Below, piece after piece: positions 48,739 through 58,493 of a stretch of 64,000 bases of DNA. Each line of letters opens with the position of its first letter. The first letter of the stretch is position 1. This DNA comes from a virus: positions 18,463 through 82,462 of the IMG/VR virus record IMGVR_UViG_3300023180_000036. The stretch is one strand, 5' to 3'. The position numbers and the translations under genes were made by a program. The notes below the pieces were generated by a model. The model had not been told where the DNA came from and searched no databases. It saw nothing but the letters and a program-made list of their open reading frames with translations.

Positions 48739-49248
48739 ATGTCTAACGTTGCTACAAATCTTAAAAAAGTTGGAACTTATCTCGGATATTTTACAATTCA
48801 AAAACATACAACAAACGTAAATAATAACAAGCCTTCTCGTACTTATGAAAAGCTTGTATTTACAAAAGCCGATGGTATGGAAACTCGTGACTTTAAAGCC
48901 ATGGGTGATATTGTATATGGTATGTATGTTAACGGCGATCTTGTTAAGATTGGCAAAGCAGGTTCAACAAACGGTTGGGCTGGACGTATTAGTACCTATG
49001 GTGTTGATCCAAAAGGTGAAGCAACTAATCGTAAAATCATTACACATCTAAAAGAAGATTTTACATATGAAACTCGTGTAGAAGTATATGGCATTTCAGT
49101 TCCTCGTGTTCACTCAGAATATTTTTGCCCAGTAACACGTGAAACGGTTTCCATTGAACTTCCGCAAAACCATCAGGTAGAAACTCATTTAACTGCTGAA
49201 GCAGAAGCCGAGGGTGTTGATCTTATGTTCTGTACGCAAAAAGTTTAA
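48739..49248 (+). CDS. GIY-YIG-family nuclease, T4 endonuclease II (DenA)-like
   Basis: IVYGMYVNGDLVKIGKA...GRISTY resembles DenA VIYAIAINDELVYIGK..KRINYY. Confidence 0.55.
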   Translation: MSNVATNLKKVGTYLGYFTIQKHTTNVNNNKPSRTYEKLVFTKADGMETRDFKAMGDIVYGMYVNGDLVKIGKAGSTNGWAGRISTYGVDPKGEATNRKIITHLKEDFTYETRVEVYGISVPRVHSEYFCPVTRETVSIELPQNHQVETHLTAEAEAEGVDLMFCTQKV

Positions 49249-49252
49249 TATA

Positions 49253-50434
49253 ATGAAAATATTCATAATTCCATATACATTCTATACTTATTTTTCTTTT
49301 AAAGAAAGAGTAAGTGGCGTTGATGAGAGTATGTTGAAACAGATAGAAGTTTTAAGAGAAAGAGGTCATGACGTAAAAGCATATACTATTTTTGGTAATC
49401 TACATGAATATTTAAATGATGTTTATTATTATGATGATAAAGTTCCTGAAATAGGAATAAAATCATATTTAAAAAGTACTAAAAATAGAAAAAAAATTGT
49501 AACAGATATTATAATTAAAATAAAAAAATTTAAACCTGATATAATTTTATCAAATGCATATTTTCAACGCGGTTTTTATAATGAATTACAAAAAATAAAT
49601 ATACCTATAATTTATATGTGTCACGCTGCACCCGGATTTTTATCAGATCTTATGTCTGCAAATAAATTATCAAGTTTCAGTGAAAGACATTCTATTTGCG
49701 CAATGTCGGAATATCATGCAAAAACTATAAAACAATTTTATGGCAGAAAAAGAAAAAACTGGGACTTTGAAGGTAAAATAAGTGCAGACTCAATAGTATT
49801 TTCTTCATATAGTAATAAAGAAAATGTATTGGGTTCTGACGGTATTGTTAGACATGTCTCTGCTGCAAATAAAGATAAACAGACTTTTTTGATACATGAC
49901 TTTTTAAGCAAAACAGATTTTAAAACCGAAGTATATACTACTTTAAATCATATGACTAAAGATAATGAAAAATTAAATTCTTATGTTGAAAAAGCATTTA
50001 AAAATTTTAATACTTCAGATAGATTAATCAATCTTGATATTGAACATAAAATCATTATGGAAAATATAGCAAAATCGGCGTGTTGTTTTGTAGGATTAGC
50101 ATATTATGATAGTTTTACAATTACCTCACTTGAAGCGCTTTCTCGTGGTATACCAATTATTGTAAAAGGGATAAAAAACTCACATCCTGCAAAAGAAATG
50201 GTAGAACCAGAATATCAAAAATATGTTCATATATACGAAAATAAAAAAGATTTTATTGATAAGGTAAAAGAGTTTTCAAATGTTACAATAGAAGAAAGAC
50301 ATCAAATTGCCAATTCTTGTTATAAAATTACTTCAAAAAATATGTATGGAAATAAATTAGAAAAGGCATTAAATAGTGCCGTACTTAAATTTAATAATAA
50401 AAATAGTTTACACTTAGAAAATTTTATGATATAA
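49253..50434 (+). CDS. GT-B (GT4-like) glycosyltransferase
   Basis: SGVDE, RGHDV, KPDIIL, DSFTITSLEALSRGIPII. Confidence 0.75.
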   Translation: MKIFIIPYTFYTYFSFKERVSGVDESMLKQIEVLRERGHDVKAYTIFGNLHEYLNDVYYYDDKVPEIGIKSYLKSTKNRKKIVTDIIIKIKKFKPDIILSNAYFQRGFYNELQKINIPIIYMCHAAPGFLSDLMSANKLSSFSERHSICAMSEYHAKTIKQFYGRKRKNWDFEGKISADSIVFSSYSNKENVLGSDGIVRHVSAANKDKQTFLIHDFLSKTDFKTEVYTTLNHMTKDNEKLNSYVEKAFKNFNTSDRLINLDIEHKIIMENIAKSACCFVGLAYYDSFTITSLEALSRGIPIIVKGIKNSHPAKEMVEPEYQKYVHIYENKKDFIDKVKEFSNVTIEERHQIANSCYKITSKNMYGNKLEKALNSAVLKFNNKNSLHLENFMI

Positions 50435-50448
50435 TATAAGTGTAGAAG
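50406..50448 (+). promoter_or_regulatory. sigma70-type promoter with TATAATATAAGTGTAGAAG leader
   Basis: GTTTACA-17 nt-TATAAT; 19-mer repeated at 51459. Confidence 0.75.
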
Positions 50449-50457
50449 GAGAAAAAT

Positions 50458-51414
50458 ATGTCACATATTACAGTAACTGGCGGCGCTGGTTTTATCGGTT
50501 ATCATCTTATTCAAAAATTAGTAGACGAAGGTCATACGGTTTCGGCATTTGATAACTTTAATGATTATTATGATGTTTCTTTAAAAGAAGATAGAGCAAA
50601 TAATTTAAAAAATCTTGGTGTTGAAGTAACACGTCTTGATCTAAAAGAAAAAGCACATTTAAAATTTTTTCTTGCTTCTACAAAACCTGATGTTGTTATT
50701 CACTTAGCTGCATACGCAGGTGTTCGTCATTCATTAGAAAATCCTCAAAAATATATTGATAATAATATCACTGGATCACAAAATTTAATAGAAGCTTGTA
50801 TAGAAAATAATATTGAAAATGTGGTATATGCATCTACATCATGTACCATGGCTGGAAATCCATTACCATGGAATGAAGATGAAAAAACTGGTTATCAACT
50901 AAACCCATACGGTTTTACTAAATCCACCAACGAATGCCAATTTATTTCAAGTAAAATTCCTAAAACCACCGGTCTTCGTTTCTTTACTGTTTATGGTCCT
51001 TGGGGCAGACCTGATATGGCTTTATTTGATTTTACAAAAAATATTATTGCTGGCAATGAAATTGAATTATTTAATTATGGTGATATGATTCGTGACTTCA
51101 CTTATATAGATGACATTGTAAGTGGTATTATTATTGTTGTTAATCAAACATTATCTGAAAATAATGAATTTAATGAAATATATAATATCGGTTATGGTGA
51201 ACAAGTAAAATTGGTTGACTTTGTTGATAATATTGAAAAACAATTAGATCGTAAAGCTAAACGTAAACTTGTACCAAAACATCCGGCAGATACTCAAGCA
51301 ACTTGGTCTGATACAACTAAACTACAAAAACTCGGATATAAACCTACTACACCAATTGAAGTTGGTGTAGAAAAATTTGTTTCCTGGTATAAACTATATT
51401 ATGGAGTAAACTAA
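50458..51414 (+). CDS. NAD-dependent epimerase (UDP-glucuronate 4-epimerase-like SDR)
   Basis: TGGAGFIG, HLAAYAGVRHS, YGFTK, LRFFTVYGPWGRPDMA, RDFTYIDD. Confidence 0.9.
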   Translation: MSHITVTGGAGFIGYHLIQKLVDEGHTVSAFDNFNDYYDVSLKEDRANNLKNLGVEVTRLDLKEKAHLKFFLASTKPDVVIHLAAYAGVRHSLENPQKYIDNNITGSQNLIEACIENNIENVVYASTSCTMAGNPLPWNEDEKTGYQLNPYGFTKSTNECQFISSKIPKTTGLRFFTVYGPWGRPDMALFDFTKNIIAGNEIELFNYGDMIRDFTYIDDIVSGIIIVVNQTLSENNEFNEIYNIGYGEQVKLVDFVDNIEKQLDRKAKRKLVPKHPADTQATWSDTTKLQKLGYKPTTPIEVGVEKFVSWYKLYYGVN

Positions 51415-51416
51415 TA

Positions 51417-51557
51417 ATGGATAGCGTAGAAAAACTTTACAAAAATGTTGCACTATATTATAATATAAGTGTAGAAGAATTATTGGATCGACTCACTAAA
51501 AACGGAGAACCTCTAATTCATAATTATTATAAGGAAGTGTATCCAAATGGGTTCTAA
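51417..51557 (+). CDS. 46-aa hypothetical peptide overlapping a promoter (not in ORF track)
   Basis: MDSVEKLYKNVALYYNISVEELLDRLTKNGEPLIHNYYKEVYPNGF. Confidence 0.4.
   Translation: MDSVEKLYKNVALYYNISVEELLDRLTKNGEPLIHNYYKEVYPNGF
51436..51477 (+). promoter_or_regulatory. sigma70-type promoter, duplicate of the 50406 leader
   Basis: TTTACA-17 nt-TATAATATAAGTGTAGAAG. Confidence 0.65.
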
Positions 51558-52386
51558 ACTAAGAATTGCTATTGTCGGTCATGGTTTTGTAGGAAAAGCC
51601 ATTGATCATGGGTTTAATGACTATAACTGCGATAAAATAATTATTGATCCAAAATATGGAAATAGTATTGATAATATTAAATCACTAGTAACAGATGTAG
51701 CTTTTGTTGCTGTTCCTACACCTATGGGAAAGAATGGAGAAATTGATTCATCTATTGTTGTTGAAACAGTAAAGAAACTTAAACAAAGAAGAACTGGTAT
51801 TATTGTAATCAAATCTACAGTAACTCCTGATATTATTAAGAGTCTTACTAATGGTTCTGGTTCAAGTACAAGAGTAGTTTACAATCCAGAATTTTTAACA
51901 GAGATAAATGCTAATTCTGATTTTATAAATCCTGATATGCATGTATTTGGAGGTCACAAAGAAACCACTCAAAGATTGGAAGAAATATATAGAGAGTATA
52001 GTTTATGTAAACCATGTCCAGTTTTTCATATGTCCGCTACGGAAGCAAGCTTTGTAAAATATGGACTTAATTGTTTTCTTGCTACAAAAGTTTTATGGTT
52101 TAATCAGTTCTATGATGTAATAGAAAAGTTTGGTGGTAATTTCGGTCACATTGTAAATGCTATTGGAACAGATCCTAGAATAGGAACATCCCACACCAGA
52201 GCACCAGGGTTTGATGGCAAAAGAGGGTTTGGAGGAGCTTGTTTCCCAAAAGATACAGCAGCATTTAATAATTTTTCAAATAAAGAATTTACGGTATTAA
52301 ATGAAGCAATTAAAGCAAACAATGAATATAGAAAAGAATACGAAAAAGATTCAAGAGAATTGGAACAAAACGTAAGCTATGCTTGA
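51547..52386 (+). CDS. ugd: UDP-glucose 6-dehydrogenase family protein (lacks C-terminal domain)
   Basis: GHGFVG, VPTP, IKSTV, NPEFL, GFGGACFPKD. Confidence 0.85.
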   Translation: MGSKLRIAIVGHGFVGKAIDHGFNDYNCDKIIIDPKYGNSIDNIKSLVTDVAFVAVPTPMGKNGEIDSSIVVETVKKLKQRRTGIIVIKSTVTPDIIKSLTNGSGSSTRVVYNPEFLTEINANSDFINPDMHVFGGHKETTQRLEEIYREYSLCKPCPVFHMSATEASFVKYGLNCFLATKVLWFNQFYDVIEKFGGNFGHIVNAIGTDPRIGTSHTRAPGFDGKRGFGGACFPKDTAAFNNFSNKEFTVLNEAIKANNEYRKEYEKDSRELEQNVSYA

Positions 52387-52528
52387 ATTATTAATATATG
52401 CTATTGGTATATATCTGCTAATGATTATATTACAATTTTTATTTAAACCTATAATTACAATAGCAATTATTTTTATCATACTATTTTATTTACAAAAATA
52501 TGATATTTTTACTATCTATCTGTTGTAA
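52379..52528 (+). CDS. 49-aa two-TM membrane peptide (not in ORF track)
   Basis: MLELLIYAIGIYLLMIILQFLFKPIITIAIIFIILFYLQK; overlaps ugd stop. Confidence 0.5.
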   Translation: MLELLIYAIGIYLLMIILQFLFKPIITIAIIFIILFYLQKYDIFTIYLL

Positions 52529-52573
52529 TTTAGTTTATAATATATAAATTAATACTATACAAAGGAGTATTGT

Positions 52574-53620
52574 ATGTCAATTATGGACAAACTCAAAAAG
52601 AACTCAAAGCTATCCCACACTTCAGTTCTTTCTGAGTCTAAATTTTTTACCGAAAAAGATATGGTTCCAACAGAAGTCCCTATGATTAATGTTGCATTAT
52701 CTGGTTCAGTAGATGGTGGGTTAGCACCAGGTCTTACAGTTCTTGCAGGACCTTCAAAACACTTTAAGACATCATTTGCATTACTTATGGCTGCAGCTTA
52801 TATGAAACATTATTCAGATGCAGTTATGCTATTTTATGATTCAGAATTTGGTTCACCTCAAACTTATTTTCAACAATTTGGAATTGATACATCTCGCGTA
52901 TTACACACGCCTATTACAAATGTTGAAGAATTAAAGTTCGATATTATTGGTCAACTTGAAGAACTTGATCGTGATGATAAAGTTGTTGTAGTTATTGATT
53001 CAATTGGAAACTTAGCATCTAAGAAAGAAATGGAAGATGCACTGAATGAAAAATCAGTTGCTGATATGTCAAGAGCAAAAGCACTTAAGGGTCTTTTCCG
53101 TATGACAACACCATATCTTGCCATGAAGAATATTCCGCTTCTTGCTGTTAACCATACTTATAAAGAAATTGGTCTGTTTCCGCGTGATATTGTTGGTGGT
53201 GGTACAGGTATTTACTACTCAGCAGATAATATCTGGATTCTCGGTAGGCAACAAGATAAGAAAGGTACAGAAATTCAAGGTTATCACTTTGTAATCAATG
53301 TGGAGAAATCACGATATGTTAAAGAAAAGTCTAAAATTCCTATCACTGTTAGTTGGGACGGTGGTGTACGTAATTTTTCTGGTTTACTCGATTGTGCTCT
53401 TGCCGGTGGTTATGTTACTAAACCTTCTAACGGTTGGTACGCTGCAGTTGATAGAGAAACTGGAGAAATCGGCGCCAAAGTCAGACATGAACAAACCTTA
53501 GAAAAAAAGTTTTGGGATCCTATTTTTGCGGAAACAGATTTCAAAGATTTTTTAAAGAAACAATATTCTATTGGTCATCAATCTTTGGTTGAGATGGATG
53601 ATATTGTGGCAGAAGAATAA
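52574..53620 (+). CDS. uvsX: RecA-like recombinase
   Basis: AGPSKHFKT, YDSEFG, IDSIGNLASKKE. Confidence 0.95.
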   Translation: MSIMDKLKKNSKLSHTSVLSESKFFTEKDMVPTEVPMINVALSGSVDGGLAPGLTVLAGPSKHFKTSFALLMAAAYMKHYSDAVMLFYDSEFGSPQTYFQQFGIDTSRVLHTPITNVEELKFDIIGQLEELDRDDKVVVVIDSIGNLASKKEMEDALNEKSVADMSRAKALKGLFRMTTPYLAMKNIPLLAVNHTYKEIGLFPRDIVGGGTGIYYSADNIWILGRQQDKKGTEIQGYHFVINVEKSRYVKEKSKIPITVSWDGGVRNFSGLLDCALAGGYVTKPSNGWYAAVDRETGEIGAKVRHEQTLEKKFWDPIFAETDFKDFLKKQYSIGHQSLVEMDDIVAEE

Positions 53621-53931
53621 TGAAATATATAGAAAATAAAGATTATGAATTAATACCAGACGAAAATGGTGATGATGTATGGAATGTTAGAATACTTGAA
53701 GGTGAATTTAATGAAGTTGTAGTTAGATTTGGTTCTATTAGAATTGATGGTAAAAATGTAGATAATGAAGAAGATGTTAAACTATCCTTTGATTTTGATG
53801 TAATTACAACACCAGACGAAAATCTAACTCCAGAAAATATTGATTTACAATTGTTTGCTGGTGATATATTATTAAGCATAATAGAATCTTCTATAGAAAA
53901 TAAAGAAGAAGTACATTTTAAAGAGGTATAA
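53620..53931 (+). CDS. acidic hypothetical protein between uvsX and gp41
   Basis: TAATG-coupled; usual T4-like position. Confidence 0.7.
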   Translation: MKYIENKDYELIPDENGDDVWNVRILEGEFNEVVVRFGSIRIDGKNVDNEEDVKLSFDFDVITTPDENLTPENIDLQLFAGDILLSIIESSIENKEEVHFKEV

Positions 53932-53935
53932 AAAT

Positions 53936-55312
53936 TTGAATACAAATATAGAACAAGTCGTTCTTAAAAATATCCTTACTAATGAAAAATACATGAGAAA
54001 GGTTCTTCCTTTCATTAAACCAGATTACTTTGAAGGCGTTTATAAAATGCTATTTAAACAAGCAGGAATGTTTGTTGCAAAGTATAATAAACTTCCTACA
54101 GCAGAAGCATTTAAAATAGAAATCGATCAATCAGATAATTTTAATGATGAACAATATAGACATGCTATTGAAATTATACCTAGTCTATTTGAAATGGAAA
54201 AATCCGACGAGACTTGGTTAAATGATACTACAGAAAAATGGTGTCAAGATCGTGCTTTATATAATGCTGTTATGGAATCAATCTCCATTATAGATGGAAA
54301 ACATCAGAGTCTTACAAAAAATGCTTTACCGGATATTCTCACGAAAGCGCTCGGAGTCTCATTCGACGCCAACATCGGTCACGACTATATTGAAAACTTT
54401 GAAGAACGATTCGAGTTCTACCACCGTGACGAGGAAAGATTACCTTTTGATCTTGACTACTTTAACAAAATTACAAAAGGAGGTATTCCAAACAAAAGTC
54501 TTAATGTCTGTCTTGCTGGTACTGGCGTTGGTAAATCTTTATTTATGTGCCACTGTGCTGCTGCTAATCTAAATCGGGGTAATAATGTTTTATATCTTAC
54601 TATGGAAATGGCAGAAGAAAGAATAGCAGAAAGAATAGATGCTAATTTACTTGATATACCTATTGATCAGTTAGAACATCTTAGTAAAGAAATGTTTGCT
54701 GAAAGAGTAAGAGGGCTTTCATCTAAAACTAATGGTAAGTTAATCATAAAAGAATATCCAACCGGATCTGCTCATTCTGGTCATTTTCGTGCCCTTTTAA
54801 ACGAATTAAAACTAAAGAAATCGTTCGAGCCTGATATTATATACATTGATTATCTTAATATTTGTGCATCAAGTAGAATGAAAGGAATGGGAGGTGCCAT
54901 TAATTCATACAACTACATTAAGGCAATTGCTGAAGAATTACGAGGTCTTGCGGTGGAGTTTGACTTACCGATCGTTACTGCAACGCAGACGACTAGGTCT
55001 GGTTATAGTAACTCGGATATTGGGCTTGAAGATACGTCCGAGTCTTTTGGATTACCCGCAACCGCGGACCTCATGTTCGCTCTTATCTCGACAGAAGAAC
55101 TTGAAGGAATGGGACAGCTTGCGGTAAAACAATTAAAGAATAGATATAACGATCCAACATATAAGAAAAGGTTTGTAATCGGGGTTGATAGATCAAAGAT
55201 GAGACTATTTGATGTTCACGAAGGAGAACAAACTCTAATAGATGATACTCCAGTATTTGATAAAACAAAAACTGGTATAAATGTAAAGAAATTTGAAGAT
55301 TTTAAATTATAG
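53936..55312 (+). CDS. gp41: replicative DNA helicase
   Basis: LAGTGVGKS, EMAEERI, IDYLNI, TATQT, SESFGLPATAD, KNRY. Confidence 0.95.
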   Translation: MNTNIEQVVLKNILTNEKYMRKVLPFIKPDYFEGVYKMLFKQAGMFVAKYNKLPTAEAFKIEIDQSDNFNDEQYRHAIEIIPSLFEMEKSDETWLNDTTEKWCQDRALYNAVMESISIIDGKHQSLTKNALPDILTKALGVSFDANIGHDYIENFEERFEFYHRDEERLPFDLDYFNKITKGGIPNKSLNVCLAGTGVGKSLFMCHCAAANLNRGNNVLYLTMEMAEERIAERIDANLLDIPIDQLEHLSKEMFAERVRGLSSKTNGKLIIKEYPTGSAHSGHFRALLNELKLKKSFEPDIIYIDYLNICASSRMKGMGGAINSYNYIKAIAEELRGLAVEFDLPIVTATQTTRSGYSNSDIGLEDTSESFGLPATADLMFALISTEELEGMGQLAVKQLKNRYNDPTYKKRFVIGVDRSKMRLFDVHEGEQTLIDDTPVFDKTKTGINVKKFEDFKL

Positions 55313-55321
55313 GAGTTAAAT

Positions 55322-55606
55322 ATGGCTAAAGGCAAAGGTGGTAAATCAAGCGGAAATATCTCTCAAGGTATTCATTCTAATATTTCTCAGAATACAAAAA
55401 GACTTATGAAACAGGGATATAAATCTTCTATTCATAGAGTTTTAAATCAACAGAAAGCTTTACTTCAAGGTAAAGATATTGTTGTAACTATTCCTAATCC
55501 GAATACCAATGAAACTAATAAACCTTTTATTCGGCAAAAAGTATCCGGTAAAAATTATTTAAATGCTCTTAAGAATCGTACATATGTAATGAAAGAAGTA
55601 CAATGA
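55322..55606 (+). CDS. basic hypothetical protein
   Basis: VTIPNPNTNETNKPFIR; AGGAG RBS. Confidence 0.7.
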   Translation: MAKGKGGKSSGNISQGIHSNISQNTKRLMKQGYKSSIHRVLNQQKALLQGKDIVVTIPNPNTNETNKPFIRQKVSGKNYLNALKNRTYVMKEVQ

Positions 55607-55851
55607 ACTGGGAAGATTTTGAAGAAAAGGCCTTTTCGGAAGTTTTTAATCACTATATTAATTTAACAAATGATTTAGTTGAAGAAGATCAAGATCCCTT
55701 ACTGATTGCAGCTATACTTGTCACTACGGGTCTTAGCATGTATAGAACATTGTTAAATGAATACGATTATGATAAAATGGTAGAACAGATTAGTCTTTTT
55801 AAAGATGATATTACTAGTTTTGAACAAGCAAAGAAAGGCCAGTTACATTGA
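55603..55851 (+). CDS. hypothetical protein
   Basis: ATGA overlap with upstream gene. Confidence 0.65.
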   Translation: MNWEDFEEKAFSEVFNHYINLTNDLVEEDQDPLLIAAILVTTGLSMYRTLLNEYDYDKMVEQISLFKDDITSFEQAKKGQLH

Positions 55852-56537
55852 AAGTTAAACTTTTATCATATAGCCAACCAGCAGATCGTATTCATTCGGG
55901 AGAAGCTGGTTATGCTGGTTTACAAAATATTCAAGATTTAATTGCTTATTGTGCAAGAGTATCAAATCCAGGTAATCAAGCTAATACTAAAACAACTGCA
56001 AAATTACTTGATTACCTTGTTAAACATAAACATTGGTCACCTTTTGAAATGGCTTCTGCTACTCTTGAAATAGAAACTACAAGAGATATTGCAAGACAGT
56101 TTTTAAGACATAGATCATTTTCTTTTCAGGAATTTTCTCAAAGATATGCAGATCCTAATGATATGGGTAATGCATTTGTTATCCGTGAAGCAAGACTTCA
56201 AGATGAAAAAAATAGACAAAATAGTATTGAAACATCTGATACAGCCTTACAGGCTTGGTGGCATGCCCAACAAGAATTTTTAATTGAACATACTAAAAGA
56301 ATATATAAAGAAGCAAGAGAAAGGGGTATAGCAAAAGAACAGGCACGGGCAATTTTACCAGAAGGTAATACAGTTTCCCGTTTATATGCAAGTGGTACAA
56401 TTAGATCATGGATTCATTACATAGAGTTACGTTCCGCAAACGGGACTCAAAAAGAACATATGGATCTAGCTATAGGTATTGCAAAAGCAATCTCTAAGAT
56501 TTATCCTTCAGTAGAAAACTTTATTCAAGAGGAGTAA
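55848..56537 (+). CDS. thyX: flavin-dependent thymidylate synthase
   Basis: HWSPFE, RHRSFSFQEFSQRY, EQARAILP, TQKEH. Confidence 0.95.
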   Translation: MKVKLLSYSQPADRIHSGEAGYAGLQNIQDLIAYCARVSNPGNQANTKTTAKLLDYLVKHKHWSPFEMASATLEIETTRDIARQFLRHRSFSFQEFSQRYADPNDMGNAFVIREARLQDEKNRQNSIETSDTALQAWWHAQQEFLIEHTKRIYKEARERGIAKEQARAILPEGNTVSRLYASGTIRSWIHYIELRSANGTQKEHMDLAIGIAKAISKIYPSVENFIQEE

Positions 56538-56541
56538 TTTA

Positions 56542-56760
56542 ATGGGAAGAAAACTTTCAACTTATTATTCGGACCACGGTAAAGGTTACTGTGAAATACA
56601 TTTTGATTTCAAAGAAGAATATGGTTATATAAAGTATTTTGATAATAATGAAAAGCTATTTTTTGTTGAAGATTATAAAGGTAAATCAATGAGATATATT
56701 GAAGATGCTGCAGAAAACTGGGCTCTTGGTATAAAACTCTTAGAAGCGGATTATCATTGA
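56542..56760 (+). CDS. hypothetical protein
   Basis: EDAAENWALG; GAGGAG RBS. Confidence 0.7.
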   Translation: MGRKLSTYYSDHGKGYCEIHFDFKEEYGYIKYFDNNEKLFFVEDYKGKSMRYIEDAAENWALGIKLLEADYH

Positions 56761-56765
56761 CTTTT

Positions 56766-56933
56766 ATGGCGTTTCAAGGTAGTAAAGAAATAATCTGGCA
56801 TATAACATGTTCTTGTTGTAAGTTTTATTTTACTCTTCCCACTATGGAAGAAAATTATAGAATAGATAGGGGAAGTTTTTATTGTCCAAGCTGCGGAAAA
56901 AATCAAAGTGTAAAAATTATAAAAGAGGAATAA
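56766..56933 (+). CDS. 55-aa zinc-ribbon protein (not in ORF track)
   Basis: HITCSCCK...FYCPSCGK. Confidence 0.65.
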   Translation: MAFQGSKEIIWHITCSCCKFYFTLPTMEENYRIDRGSFYCPSCGKNQSVKIIKEE

Positions 56934-57356
56934 ATGCCACATAAAACTAATTCAGATTTATTTGAAGCTGGTGAATTTATAAGTCACGCTAAACTAAAAC
57001 TTAATTGGAAAATAGAATGTGATGCAATTAGACCAAAAGAATGGCATGTACTTGCTCAGATTATAAAAGAGTTTGAACCACAACCCTGGAGAAAAGCAGT
57101 AGGTATACCACGTGGTGGTATATCTTTAGGTAATGCACTTGATAAATATTCAACAAATAATCCTAATGATCCTATTCTAATTGCTGATGATGTATATACC
57201 ACTGGTACGAGTTTTAAAGAATTTATAAAAGAATTTTATCCTGATGTTGCAACAATACAGTGGTGTGTTTTTGCTAGAAAACCTACAGAAGGTAGAGTAA
57301 AGGCTTTATTTACAATGCCAGATAAAGGTAGACATGGCTTAAATTGGAGAAAATAA
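56934..57356 (+). CDS. type I phosphoribosyltransferase (orotate PRTase-like, short)
   Basis: GIPRGG and PRPP-binding ILIADDVYTTGTS. Confidence 0.8.
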   Translation: MPHKTNSDLFEAGEFISHAKLKLNWKIECDAIRPKEWHVLAQIIKEFEPQPWRKAVGIPRGGISLGNALDKYSTNNPNDPILIADDVYTTGTSFKEFIKEFYPDVATIQWCVFARKPTEGRVKALFTMPDKGRHGLNWRK

Positions 57357-57359
57357 ATT

Positions 57360-57917
57360 ATGAAATATTATAAATTAGAACCATCAGTTAAAAAATCAGT
57401 TATAGAATGGCATACATTTAAAAGAAAAGATGCTGACGGAAATAGTATTTTTCTTCGTAAAGAATTAGGGTGGAGATATGGTGCTTGGTTAATTAGAGTT
57501 CCAGAAACAGAAGATGAAATTAAAGAATTTCTTTCCGATAAAGGAGACTATGATTCAATTCAAGAATATCTTGCAGATTATTATGGAGAGGAAGATATTA
57601 TCACAGAAGAAACAAATTTGGAAGATTATCTTTTACCTAAGATAACAGATGAATTTGTAGATATAAGCGAAGACTATGAAGATGCTGAAATGCTAGAAAC
57701 ATGGGACGGCTGTTGGGAAGAATGGTCTCTTATTGGTGCAGAACTTCGTGGTATTTCAGAGGAACAACAGGAACAATGGGTTGAAGAAGCGGCCGCTGCA
57801 TATGATGAAGATTATGAAGATGGTGTAGAAGGTCTAGGTTGGCAGTTTATAGATTGTTTTTATGAAATGCATTGTAATCCAGAAATAACTCCATGTGATG
57901 AATATGGGAATACTTGA
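57360..57917 (+). CDS. highly acidic hypothetical protein
   Basis: About 51 D/E in 185 aa by manual count. Confidence 0.75.
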   Translation: MKYYKLEPSVKKSVIEWHTFKRKDADGNSIFLRKELGWRYGAWLIRVPETEDEIKEFLSDKGDYDSIQEYLADYYGEEDIITEETNLEDYLLPKITDEFVDISEDYEDAEMLETWDGCWEEWSLIGAELRGISEEQQEQWVEEAAAAYDEDYEDGVEGLGWQFIDCFYEMHCNPEITPCDEYGNT

Positions 57918-58410
57918 TGTTTTAAAAGTGGTTGGTCGTAATGAAGAAAGTGACGAATGTTACACTCCAGTAGAACAGATAAAACCGCTACTAAATTATC
58001 TTGATAAAGATAAAACTTATTATGAACCCACTTCTGGTATATCTTCAAATATAGTACAAGCTTTTACCGATAACGGCTATAAAATGAAAGGAAGTAACGG
58101 TAAAGACTTTTTTACTTGTAATTCAGACGATGTTTATGATGGTATTATAACCAATCCCCCGTATAGTAAAAAAGATAAATTTATTAGACATTGTTATAAA
58201 TTAGAAAAACCTTTTGCATTACTTCTCCCGGTATCTTCATTTCAAGGAGTAAGAAGGGGCGCTCTTTTTAGTAAATATGGTATGTCTGCATTAGTATATA
58301 ATCATAGAGTTGATTTTACAGGCAATGGTAACCCACATTTTGGTGTAGCATGGTTTATTCATGGTTTTTTACCACCAAATCAAATATTTTGGATTGATAA
58401 TAAAATTTAA
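57904..58410 (+). CDS. compact amino-(N6-adenine / N4-cytosine) DNA methyltransferase-like protein
   Basis: DECYTP, YEPTSG, DFF, IITNPPYS. Confidence 0.7.
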   Translation: MGILDVLKVVGRNEESDECYTPVEQIKPLLNYLDKDKTYYEPTSGISSNIVQAFTDNGYKMKGSNGKDFFTCNSDDVYDGIITNPPYSKKDKFIRHCYKLEKPFALLLPVSSFQGVRRGALFSKYGMSALVYNHRVDFTGNGNPHFGVAWFIHGFLPPNQIFWIDNKI

Positions 58411-58417
58411 AAAAAAA

Positions 58418-58479
58418 TGTATTTTAGGGGTTTACAAACGAGTTTAAATATATTATATTAATAATATAAAGAGAATCGG
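58418..58479 (+). promoter_or_regulatory. early promoter cassette
   Basis: TGTATTTTAGGGGTTTACAA...TATATT (17-nt spacer)...AGAATCGG. Confidence 0.8.
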
Positions 58480-58493
58480 TTAGGAGACTTACT

